DNA of 64,000 nt from Candidatus Saccharimonadota bacterium. Lineage in GTDB: Bacteria > Patescibacteriota > Saccharimonadia > Saccharimonadales > Saccharimonadaceae. Both the position numbers and the translations under genes were made by a program. Below the pieces are notes generated by a model, which saw nothing but the letters and a program-made list of their open reading frames with translations, searched no databases and was not told the origin of the DNA. The stretch spans positions 349 through 64,348 of the forward strand of contig JAFRBS010000027.1 of the NCBI GenBank assembly GCA_017404725.1, written 5' to 3'. Shown here piece after piece: positions 20,207-28,599 of this stretch (within the stretch, counting starts at the first letter, position 1; the number at the start of each line of letters is the position of its first letter).

Positions 20207-21103
20207 CTAAGCGGTTTCGGGCGGTTCAAAAACGATTTCGGTAATTTCGCCTTTTTTCAGCATATTCAGATACTGAAGCGGCTTTTTTGCGCTGTAATGC
20301 GTAGCGATCATGCCGGAGTTAATAACCATGCTCGTGTCGTCTGAGATCTGTTTTGCGCCGCGGGCGACTTTCGGAAACGGTTTTTTATCTGGCGAAACTA
20401 GGCCGCCATGAAGATTCAGTTTGTCCATGATGAAATCAAGCCCAATCGGCACGCAACCGCCATGAGTATGGCCGAAACTTAGAACGTCAAAATTCTTCAG
20501 ATAGCGCTTCGTTCGCCTGGTCATCGACGGAGAATGTGAAACGAACCAGTTAATTTTATCTGGCTCCGGCTCCAGCTTTAAATCGGCTAATCTTTTTTCC
20601 ATAACCTCAGGATTATCGCGAAGCTCGCCGTCTTCCTGAATTGTGAAATCTTTATCTTGGAAAAAACCAAAGACGCGCAAGGTGTCGGTTTCGTACCACT
20701 CGTCCATCAGAAGATGGACTTTGCATTCTTCGCAGATTTCTTTCCAGAGCGGAATCACATCCATCAGCGCTGCCGGCTCGATCGGAATGATATAATCATG
20801 GCCGCCGAGCACCATGACCGTCGGGGCAATGCGGGCGCACATTTTTAGCGTATCTTTCAACTTCTTTACGGACTCTTCGTCAAAAAACTCGGTCGGGCTG
20901 TCGATCAGATCGCCCTGAAGAACGATCAGCTCGGGCTCTAATTTGATCAATCTTTTATAGGCTTCGTAATTCTGGCGACCTGTAACAATCGGACTGATAT
21001 GGAAATCGCCTAAAATCGCGACATTAACCCTGTCTTTGATTTTTGCCTCCGGCTGGATGTAGTAATGCCGGACCTTATAGAACGCGGTCTCCTTTAAACT
21101 CAT
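20207..21103 (-). CDS. Metallophosphoesterase
   Basis: Start moved to MSLKETAFYK (ATG at 21103). Motifs GDFH, GDLID, GGHD, GHTHGG. The 97-aa ORF-track extension reads through attL and is an artefact. Confidence 0.8.
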   Translation of the reverse strand: MSLKETAFYKVRHYYIQPEAKIKDRVNVAILGDFHISPIVTGRQNYEAYKRLIKLEPELIVLQGDLIDSPTEFFDEESVKKLKDTLKMCARIAPTVMVLGGHDYIIPIEPAALMDVIPLWKEICEECKVHLLMDEWYETDTLRVFGFFQDKDFTIQEDGELRDNPEVMEKRLADLKLEPEPDKINWFVSHSPSMTRRTKRYLKNFDVLSFGHTHGGCVPIGLDFIMDKLNLHGGLVSPDKKPFPKVARGAKQISDDTSMVINSGMIATHYSAKKPLQYLNMLKKGEITEIVFEPPETA

Positions 21104-21183
21104 ATTATATATATTATAGCACATTATAGCACAAACGGGATTTAGGGGTGCAAAAAACGAGGCGTTTGCCCCGGTTTTAGCGT

Positions 21184-21230
21184 GGTGCGGGCGAAGAGAC
21201 TCAAACTCTCGACCTCTTCCTTGGCAAGGG
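21184..21230. repeat. attL: displaced 3' portion of tRNA-Gly (47-bp exact direct repeat of 52130..52176)
   Basis: TGGTGCGGGCGAAGAGACTCAAACTCTCGACCTCTTCCTTGGCAAGG is identical at both sites and the flanks diverge immediately. It is also visible as the shared peptide CQGRGREFESLRPH in two artefactual ORFs. Confidence 0.9.
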
Positions 21231-21690
21231 TTTGGTCTAGAAAGAGACATTGTGAAGCTAATCGGAGTGTTTAAGCGACTGTCTAAACACTCGGACGGCT
21301 TCGCAATCGTGCTCTCAACGAAAATTCGATGATTAACAATTTGATAATTCTGCGACCAACAAACGAGCGGTTGCCGGAGCCAGGGAGTCAGCAATCATAA
21401 TTTTAGGACTCAACCGTGCGCCTCCGGCAGCCCGATTATTAACTAATTTCGTCCGCAGAGCTCCGAGCGCTAATGGCACCTTGACTGGCAATTTAATTTT
21501 CGAAGTGCAAAAATTTAGAACGTTATATGACCTTATAACTTTTTTGTGATTCAAGACTACAAAACTTGGTGTAATGATTTATTCATTACCCTCCTAATTA
21601 TTCAACGTGCGAACCCTTTTTATCGCACAAACGCCTAAATTCATTAGATTAGTGCACGGAGCCCTGCGGGCGACTAAAGGAGCAAAAATT

Positions 21691-21855
21691 ATGAAGGCAA
21701 TTTTTAAGAAAATAGCAGGATTTTTGGTGGTTCCTGCAATAACTTTGATTTTTTGTAAAGCCAACACTGGATTAGGCGTGCTAATCCAATTCGTAAGCGC
21801 AATATATGCGGTGTCATACATCTGCGTGAGATATAAAGGAGTAGAAAATGAGTAG
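21691..21855 (+). CDS. Small phage membrane protein (2 TM)
   Basis: AAAGGAG RBS, then ATG 21691 (MKAIFKKIAGFLVVPAITLIF...). Confidence 0.5.
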   Translation: MKAIFKKIAGFLVVPAITLIFCKANTGLGVLIQFVSAIYAVSYICVRYKGVENE

Positions 21856-21968
21856 GATTGGTCAAGAAGTTTTAAGACTTGAAGAAGAGGGGATGCTTAA
21901 ATACGATGAGCATCGAAGCATCTATGTCCGGATGCTAGAAAGTAAGGCGCAGAAGGTGGAGGTTAGAT

Positions 21969-22538
21969 ATGGCAGACGCTAAAGTGATTAAGAATGCCAG
22001 CCAAGGGTACGGGTACAAGTACTCCAGTTTGGCAGATCTAGCAGAAGCGGGGGTGGATATTCCAAAAATGAGAGTCAAGCCGACCGAGTTTGGCGAATTC
22101 ATCGAATATCTAGACAAAGATGGAAACTGGCAAACTGGAGCCAAAATCGTAGAATTTGAGGCCAAAGGAATGAACCGAGCGCAAATGTATGGTTCGGCCC
22201 TAACCTACGCCAGACGTTACACCGTCCAGATGGCCGAGCAAGTGGCCTGCGACGACGACAAGGGCGTTGAATCATCCAAGCCAGCAAACGGCGCTCAGAA
22301 GCGCTCTGGTGGCTTCTCAAGCGGTCCTACGGAAAAGCAACTAGGTTTCCTAGCGAAACTTTACCGCGAGGGCGGCATGAGCGAAGAAGATATTAAGAAA
22401 TACACGGATGTTGCGAAGACCAAAACCGCTATAGAAGTCGGCCAGACGATTAAGAATGCTAAGGCTAGGCTAGAACAAAAAAAGGCGGCTCAAGATGAGG
22501 TTCCAACAGAAGAAGAAGTGGAGGGGTTTGATGGATAA
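21969..22538 (+). CDS. ERF-family single-strand annealing recombinase
   Basis: GYKYSSLADL and MYGSALTYARRY resemble the conserved ERF motifs. Confidence 0.7.
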   Translation: MADAKVIKNASQGYGYKYSSLADLAEAGVDIPKMRVKPTEFGEFIEYLDKDGNWQTGAKIVEFEAKGMNRAQMYGSALTYARRYTVQMAEQVACDDDKGVESSKPANGAQKRSGGFSSGPTEKQLGFLAKLYREGGMSEEDIKKYTDVAKTKTAIEVGQTIKNAKARLEQKKAAQDEVPTEEEVEGFDG

Positions 22539-22806
22539 GCCAACGATAGCCCAAATTTCATTCTTCAAGCAAAATTGGTTTAGAATGACACGCTGCGAAG
22601 TCTTAGATGAAGAACTTTCTAAGCTCAAAACTAAATCAGATTTTTCCAGGGCCATTTCGAAGCTAAACGAAATTCGGCAAAGATGGCAAGCGGAACTTCG
22701 GGCAAAAATGAATGAGGCACAAGAAGATGCGCGAATTGGAATCGCAATGCGCGGTGCCAGAAGAGTGTTAACTGAAGACGAGAAAAAGGAGGTTTTAGGT
22801 CAATGA
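22531..22806 (+). CDS. Phage hypothetical protein
   Basis: Start at MDKPTIAQISFF behind GGAGGGG. Overlaps the ERF stop. Confidence 0.5.
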   Translation: MDKPTIAQISFFKQNWFRMTRCEVLDEELSKLKTKSDFSRAISKLNEIRQRWQAELRAKMNEAQEDARIGIAMRGARRVLTEDEKKEVLGQ

Positions 22807-23081
22807 GCAGTTTCAGAGACCGGTTCGGTGGGCTTACTGTTGAGCAAGTCCGGGAACTGAACGCGGCCGCACGTTGGATGTGCGACCATGAAATAACGGC
22901 GGCAGAATAGGAGTTAGTGGTGTGGCGAAGAGGCGCTACTAAGAAGGGCACCCAAGAATGCTGCTGCCACTAACTCCTAAAGTCGCCGGCGGTGGTAATT
23001 TGCCATCGCCAAGACGGGTCCGGCTCTGTTGAGGGCGGCCGGACCCACCAATAACAATTTAGGTGCATATAAGGAGTTAAA

Positions 23082-23432
23082 ATGAGCAGTTATGACAGAG
23101 TCGGGACAAAAGAGTTCCGCGAAATAAAAGATTATCTTAAGAAACACGGAGACGACTACCCGGGGGCGATGAAAAGATACAAGCGGTCTTTTACGACCGT
23201 TCGCAGAATCGACCTCAGCCCGGACTGGTGGGAATATCGAAGTCACAAGGGGCTGCGAGCGCTAGGCAACGAGCCAAGCAAAGCGCCATCTCGGAGACGA
23301 ATCCCATTTGAGGCAATTTCAAACAAGAAACTAGAACGGCAAATTCGGATGCTTATGATCGGCGGAATAGTCAAGGACGTCATCATCGTAGCACTGATTG
23401 GGCTGGGAATAGCTAAACTAATTGGAGGTTAA
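23082..23432 (+). CDS. Phage hypothetical protein with a C-terminal TM anchor
   Basis: AAGGAG RBS. The C-terminus is MLMIGGIVKDVIIVALIGLGIAKLIGG. Confidence 0.55.
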   Translation: MSSYDRVGTKEFREIKDYLKKHGDDYPGAMKRYKRSFTTVRRIDLSPDWWEYRSHKGLRALGNEPSKAPSRRRIPFEAISNKKLERQIRMLMIGGIVKDVIIVALIGLGIAKLIGG

Positions 23433-23433
23433 A

Positions 23434-23670
23434 ATGTTTAGAAGAAAGCAAGATTTCGTGCCGGATGCCGAGTGGCGGTTTCAAACCGTCCTAGACATCG
23501 TTAAAGACTTTGACAAGGCTAATTTTAAGAAATTCATGGGGGCAATTGAGCTGGCTTGGTCCGGCTACGACAAAGCACTGCGCGCTCCAACTCGGAGTGA
23601 AAAGGAAACCGGAGATATTGACGAAGCAGAAATAGGGCTTCTTGAAACTGAGAAAGGAGTTAGGAAATGA
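23434..23670 (+). CDS. Phage hypothetical protein
   Basis: GGAGG RBS, then ATG 23434 (MFRRKQDFVPDAEW...). Confidence 0.5.
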   Translation: MFRRKQDFVPDAEWRFQTVLDIVKDFDKANFKKFMGAIELAWSGYDKALRAPTRSEKETGDIDEAEIGLLETEKGVRK

Positions 23671-23828
23671 ACCCAAGACCAGCTTTTAGAATAGCACTAA
23701 CTTTGGCGGTGGTAGCGTTTATCGCTGCGATGATTTTAGCGTGGATGGAAGCACCAGGGCCAATGGCTCTGGTGACTGCAACGATGTTGATTAACTATTG
23801 GCTAAGCGAAATTAGGAAAGGATTGTGA
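23667..23828 (+). CDS. Small phage membrane protein (53 aa, below ORF-track cutoff)
   Basis: My translation is MNPRPAFRIALTLAVVAFIAAMILAWMEAPGPMALVTATMLINYWLSEIRKGL. Start and stop overlap the neighbouring genes. Confidence 0.4.
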   Translation: MNPRPAFRIALTLAVVAFIAAMILAWMEAPGPMALVTATMLINYWLSEIRKGL

Positions 23829-24214
23829 TGAGCGGAACGACTGAAGGCGGTAAGAAGGCCGCAAAAACCACTACCGCTATTAAAAGGTTGCCAAGCCAAA
23901 GCAAAAATGCAGACGACGAACAAACTGAAATTCGCGGAGATTTTAACAAAAAGTCAAAAAAAGGCATGGACGTAGAGGAACTTACACGACAGAATAGGAG
24001 TATGCCGTATCTGTTAAACATTTCGCAAGTCTGTAGCCTACTCAATATTGGCAGGTCTACACTATATGTTCTGGTAGAGAGGCAAGAACTCCCAGCGGTC
24101 AAAGTTCTGGGGCGCACCTTATTTAGACCAAACGAGATTGAAAATTTTATTAACAATTTACCACAATTTGAAGGAGGAAAAAATGAGTTTCACGGAGAAT
24201 CTGCTCACTTATGA
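23828..24214 (+). CDS. Excisionase-family helix-turn-helix DNA-binding protein
   Basis: LLNISQVCSLLNIGRSTLYVLVERQELPAVKVLGRTLFRPNEIENFI matches the MerR/Xis-type HTH pattern. The N-terminus is basic. Confidence 0.6.
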   Translation: MSGTTEGGKKAAKTTTAIKRLPSQSKNADDEQTEIRGDFNKKSKKGMDVEELTRQNRSMPYLLNISQVCSLLNIGRSTLYVLVERQELPAVKVLGRTLFRPNEIENFINNLPQFEGGKNEFHGESAHL

Positions 24215-24297
24215 TGAGCAGAGGAAGCGCAAAATTGACAAGGCGATTGACCAGCGCGATTTTGAAGAATTAACCAAATTAACGATAGGAGGATAGT

Positions 24298-24780
24298 ATG
24301 GCATTAACTAAAAAAGACGAAGAAAGAATTAGAGAAATAATCCGAGAGTGCGGAGCGGATATGACTGCCGTGGTACCAAAGATAAAGACTCAGACTTGGG
24401 AGCCGGGGCTGACATTATTGGTGATGGTGGACGGCGAGGAACACGAGGTCGCTATGAACCCATACTTTGAGTATGACGAGGACGGAGACAAGAAAACCGA
24501 GTTCACTTGGGACGAGGCAATGGAGGCCCAAAGCAAAATGCCGGACGGCTGGAGACTTCCGACTCGGCATGAACTTGTCGAGATTATTGAGCAGCGAGGG
24601 CAGGATGCAGATGGCGATATTAACAGCAGGTTATCCTCCGCTACCGGCTGGTCTGGCTACTACTGGTCGTCTACCGAGTACAATAGCAACGACGCCTACA
24701 CCCTGTTCGTCAATAGCTCCGGCGCCAACGTCTACGACTACTACAAGACGAATTCGTACTACGTAGTGTGCTACCGGTAG
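24298..24780 (+). CDS. DUF1566 (C-type-lectin-like) domain protein, no signal peptide
   Basis: GWRLPTRHELVEI and GWSGYYWSSTEYNSNDAYTLFVNSSG...YYVVCYR. The C-terminal 50 aa align with the host protein 14487..15596. Confidence 0.7.
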   Translation: MALTKKDEERIREIIRECGADMTAVVPKIKTQTWEPGLTLLVMVDGEEHEVAMNPYFEYDEDGDKKTEFTWDEAMEAQSKMPDGWRLPTRHELVEIIEQRGQDADGDINSRLSSATGWSGYYWSSTEYNSNDAYTLFVNSSGANVYDYYKTNSYYVVCYR

Positions 24781-24918
24781 TCTACCTTATTTAGGTTTGT
24801 GTCTCGCGCGAACCCTAAAGATGGGACACCAGAGAGGACAACCCGAAGGACCACAAAGTAAAGAAATCAGGCGCGTAGCGCAAAAAGGAGCAAGATGAGA
24901 TTAAAGATGAGGAGGAAA

Positions 24919-25362
24919 ATGAAATTAAGAAATAAGAAAACTGGGGATATACTCCAAATGGACGGCTTAATCCTGCCAGAACCGAGCCAGACGAATTATA
25001 ATTCTCTCGCCGAACTTACCGAGGAATGGGAAGATTACGAAGAACCGAAAGAGAACAAATTTTATTGGATTGATTATGATGGCGAAATCGTAAAGGATGG
25101 GACTACTCCATTCGATAATGACACTGAGGCAATGAAAGCTATTGGCAACTGGTTTGAAACCGAAGAAGAAGCAGAGCGAGCAGTTGAGAAATTAAAGGCT
25201 TGGAAAAGGCTAAAAGATAAAGGATTTAGGTTTCTCGGTTGCGATTGTGATGATAATTCTATCGCAATAGATTCGACCATAGGAGATATGAGAGAAGAAG
25301 ACTGTGCTGTTAATGCGCTAATAGCGCGAGATCTAAATTTGCTTTTCGGAGGTAGAGAATGA
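24919..25362 (+). CDS. Phage hypothetical acidic protein
   Basis: AGGAGGA RBS, then ATG 24919. Confidence 0.5.
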   Translation: MKLRNKKTGDILQMDGLILPEPSQTNYNSLAELTEEWEDYEEPKENKFYWIDYDGEIVKDGTTPFDNDTEAMKAIGNWFETEEEAERAVEKLKAWKRLKDKGFRFLGCDCDDNSIAIDSTIGDMREEDCAVNALIARDLNLLFGGRE

Positions 25363-25769
25363 AAGAGATGACAGAATCAGAATTACAAACCAAGGTCGCA
25401 GATTATATCAGATTGCAATACCCTAAAGTGCTATTTCACTCCGACTATGGCTCCGGAGTAAAACTCACGGCTCGCCAAGCGGCGATTCAGAAGCGTCAAA
25501 ATGGCGGATTGAAGGGCTGGCCTGATATGTTCATCGCCGAGCCGTTCAAAGAGTGGCACGGTCTATTTATCGAGCTGAAAAAGGATGGAACAAGGCTAAA
25601 AAAAAAAGATGGAACTTGGGCTTCAGGCCATATAGCAGAACAGGCGAAGATGATGGCAGAACTTGAAAAACGAGGCTATCTTGCCAAATTCGCCGTCGGC
25701 TTTGACGAGGCGAAGAGAATTATTGACGAATATCTTGATGGTCCGCAACCGGAAAGGGTGGAGTTCTGA
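25359..25769 (+). CDS. VRR-NUC domain nuclease
   Basis: GWPDMFI...GLFIELKK fits the PD-(D/E)xK VRR-NUC signature. Confidence 0.7.
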   Translation: MKEMTESELQTKVADYIRLQYPKVLFHSDYGSGVKLTARQAAIQKRQNGGLKGWPDMFIAEPFKEWHGLFIELKKDGTRLKKKDGTWASGHIAEQAKMMAELEKRGYLAKFAVGFDEAKRIIDEYLDGPQPERVEF

Positions 25770-25848
25770 AAAGACCCCTGATTGGGGTCTTGAGGTAGTT
25801 GGGAGATGTCGTATATAAATAATATCACAACGGAGGTAAAAAGTCAAG

Positions 25849-26151
25849 ATGGGCAAGTTTAAAGCGGAGGGGACAATCGTTCGCAGGCTAGATCGAATTA
25901 CGATCATATTTTGGAGCAAAGAGTCGATCTATGTTTATGAGAACGGCGCGGATGCTGGAGTGATCTTCAATAGATGGTTCACGCAGCGGCGGTCATATGA
26001 GTATTGGCGGGACTTCCGCAGAAAGATGTTACGATACAAAAATTTATCCGTAGTGCAGTGTTGCGAAATCGCGGCTACGTACGATATTAGTGTAGTCAGC
26101 ACCCGTAGGAAATTATCATTGAGTGGAAGGAAAATAATATATCGTGAGTAG
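25849..26151 (+). CDS. Phage hypothetical protein
   Basis: GGAGG RBS. Promoter-motif copy 1 lies in its 3' end. Confidence 0.4.
   Translation: MGKFKAEGTIVRRLDRITIIFWSKESIYVYENGADAGVIFNRWFTQRRSYEYWRDFRRKMLRYKNLSVVQCCEIAATYDISVVSTRRKLSLSGRKIIYRE
26098..26119 (+). promoter_or_regulatory. Phage promoter-like motif copy 1 (AGCACCCGTAGGAAATTATCAT)
   Basis: One of five same-strand copies. Lies upstream of the ParB-methylase gene. Confidence 0.5.
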
Positions 26152-26243
26152 AAAATGCGATTGTCCAAGAAGAACGCTGGCCGAGATTATACGAGGCGTA
26201 GTCTGGAAGCGTAAATTTAAGAAAGCGATAAGAATGGAGGAAA

Positions 26244-27489
26244 ATGGGGAGCATTAAAGACTTAAAGTTCGACAATAAGAACTTCAATAAGCATACTGAG
26301 TTTGGTATGTCACTCTTGGAAAAGAGCCTGCGCGAGAATGGTGCCGGTAGATCTATCCTCCTAGACAGAGACAATAACATTATCGCCGGTAATGGAGTAG
26401 TAGAAGCCGCCGGACAGATTGGCCTGGATAAGGTCAAGATTGTCGAAGCCAAAGGTGACGAGATTATCGCCGTAAAGCGCACTGACATCAGCTTGAACTC
26501 TAAAAAGGGCCGCGAGATGGCGCTGGCCGATAATGCTACGGCAAAGGCGGATATCGAGTGGGATGAAGAAGCGCTTCGGGACGAGTTCGATGATGATGAA
26601 CTCAAGAATTGGGGAGTAGAGTTAAAGCCCTATAAAGAAATTGAGGAAGATGAGCCAGCTCCTGTCGACCAAGATAATACCTATTCCGTAGTGGGGGATA
26701 TTTATCAGCTTGGAGATCACCGCATATTCTGTGGCTCTTTCGAAGATGATGAGAAAGTTATGGAACTGTTCGGAGACAAGAAGGCCACTTGCACATTTAC
26801 AGACCCGCCGTACAACGTTGCCTACAAGTCTGCCGATGGCAAGTCTATCAAAAATGATTCAATGGCTAGGGAAGAATTTATGGATTTTCTTAGTAGGGCA
26901 TTCGATACCGTATCTAAAAATACGGTACCGGGGGGGTGTGATTAGTTGGATGAGTGATAGAGAACTATTTACCCTATGGGGCGCGTTTAAAGTATCCGGG
27001 TTACAGTTTAGGCAACTTATCGTGTGGGTAAAAGACAGATTCACTTTAGGTCACGCAGATTTTCAATATGCTACTGAACCAGCAATATATGGTGTTTCTG
27101 AAGGAAAATATGATAAGGACAGCGTAGATGACGAAGGTGATGGTCAGGTAGCTCTATATGCTAGAGGTAATGGCAAATTTCAGAATAACCGCAAATTCTC
27201 GAATACTTGGTTCTTTGAGAAGCCATTGTCCAGCAAAGACCATCCCACGATGAAGCCTGTTGGTCTATGCGCAAAAGGCGTATTGGCTATGTCGGAAGTT
27301 GGTGATATAGTTTTTGACCCGTTCTCTGGTTCAGGCTCCACTCTTATTGCTTGCGAACAGACCGGGCGCAAGTGCTATGGGTGCGAGATTGACCCCAAAT
27401 ACTGCGATGTAATACGTAAACGCTATTGGAAGTTCAAGACCGGTAGCGAGGAAGGATGGCAAGATGGAACGAAAGCAATCTCCGCTTAA
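26244..27489 (+). pseudogene. ParB-like nuclease domain fused to an N6/N4 DNA methyltransferase, split by a frameshift at a G7 tract
   Basis: ORF 26244..26945 holds the ParB-N pattern and DPPY. ORF 26710..27489 holds FDPFSGSGST. The frames join at GGGGGGG (26930-26936): ...NTVPGG / VISWMSDRE... Confidence 0.8.
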
Positions 27490-27853
27490 AAATGGCAATC
27501 CCAAACATGATTTAACCGTGGATGAAGCGAGGAAAGGCGGGAAGGCAAGTGGAAACGCTCGCCGTCAGCGCAAGACTCTCGCTCAAATCGGCGATATGAT
27601 TGGCGGACTAGATATCAAATCAGATAAGAACCGGGAAATCTTGCGCAAGGCTGGTATTACTGATGAGGATATGATTAATGACGTTGGGATGATGTTTAGA
27701 CTGAATCTCAAGGCTCAGAGTGGCGATACGCGCGCCATAGAGCTGTTGTCGAAGCTGCGCGGTCAGTTCAAAGAGCAGATTAGCACTGAGGTGTCTGAGG
27801 TCAAGCCGTTGGTGGATCTAACGAAAAGGAGTAAAAATGGCGAAACAAACTAA
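27464..27853 (+). CDS. terS: Putative terminase small subunit
   Basis: LTVDEARKGGKASGNARRQRK is an N-terminal motif common in small terminases. The gene lies upstream of terL. Confidence 0.5.
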   Translation: MERKQSPLKNGNPKHDLTVDEARKGGKASGNARRQRKTLAQIGDMIGGLDIKSDKNREILRKAGITDEDMINDVGMMFRLNLKAQSGDTRAIELLSKLRGQFKEQISTEVSEVKPLVDLTKRSKNGETN

Positions 27854-27977
27854 GCTGGTAATGACTGGTGGGCTTATTGACTGCCCAAAATGTCGCAGTA
27901 TTGTTCACGAACTGCTGGATGATGACGGCGTCCGATACTGCGGACATTGCCACGCAAGGGTGTCGTATGATAATTGA
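27837..27977 (+). CDS. Zinc-ribbon protein (46 aa, below ORF-track cutoff)
   Basis: AAAGGAG RBS. My translation is MAKQTKLVMTGGLIDCPKCRSIVHELLDDDGVRYCGHCHARVSYDN (CxxC...CxxC). Confidence 0.45.
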   Translation: MAKQTKLVMTGGLIDCPKCRSIVHELLDDDGVRYCGHCHARVSYDN

Positions 27978-28599
27978 CCACAATCACCCCGCTTATCGTG
28001 CGCGATGGAATAATGCCGGCGCTGGCAAGTTTAATGGGGCGTTCTTTTACTCAAAAGAAATCGTCAAAAATATCATCCCGAACGTTCGGACGGACCGGAA
28101 TTGGGTCACAATTAATATCCCAGGTTTCGCTCCGGATCACTCCATCGTTTTTATCCATAATAACAAACATCCATGGAACTACAACTGGCTGGAAAACTAT
28201 GAAGATTTGATTCTCGTTTGTGGGGTACCAGAAACGTGCGAGAAGGTGGCTCATCTCGGCAAGACGATATATTTGCCGCTGTCAGTGGATGTAGAGGATG
28301 TCGCAAAATATCGATGCGAGAAAACTAAAGAGATTGCATTCGCTGGACGCCTTGATAAGGCACGCGGGTTATCTGGCGTTGATATGATCGGCGGATTGCC
28401 GCGGACTAAACTTTTGCCTGAGATGGCGAAGTATCGTAAGATTTACGCCGTCGGCAGAACCGCTATCGAGGCAAAGATTTTAAACTGCGAGGTTTTGCCT
28501 TACGACCAACGATTCCCTGATCCGAAACTCTGGCGGATCGTGGATAATTCAGAGGCGGCTAAAATACTCCAGAGGGAATTGGATAGAATAGATGGCTAG
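27967..28599 (+). CDS. Phage hypothetical protein
   Basis: Start moved to MIIDHNHPAYRARW (in frame with ORF 27868). Sits between terS and terL. I recognise no domain. Confidence 0.5.
   Translation: MIIDHNHPAYRARWNNAGAGKFNGAFFYSKEIVKNIIPNVRTDRNWVTINIPGFAPDHSIVFIHNNKHPWNYNWLENYEDLILVCGVPETCEKVAHLGKTIYLPLSVDVEDVAKYRCEKTKEIAFAGRLDKARGLSGVDMIGGLPRTKLLPEMAKYRKIYAVGRTAIEAKILNCEVLPYDQRFPDPKLWRIVDNSEAAKILQRELDRIDG

Noticed and set aside
20207-21394. 395-aa ORF in the track (N-terminal extension of the metallophosphoesterase), and ORF 52078..52326
   Set aside because: Both extensions translate the tRNA-Gly/att repeat (shared peptide CQGRGREFESLRPH). The phosphoesterase has a proper start at 21103 directly behind promoter boxes.
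21333-21821. Minus-strand ORFs 21333..21554 and 21594..21821 as candidate phage repressors
   Set aside because: They have a TTG or weak start, no RBS and no HTH-like segment. The second overlaps the better-supported + strand gene 21691..21855. They are kept only as part of the non-coding-arm finding.
26710-26945. Overlap of ORFs 26244..26945 and 26710..27489 as two independent genes
   Set aside because: The upstream part of the second ORF is out-of-frame read-through of the first. The domain order (ParB-N, DPPY, then FxGxG) only makes sense as one gene broken at the G7 tract.
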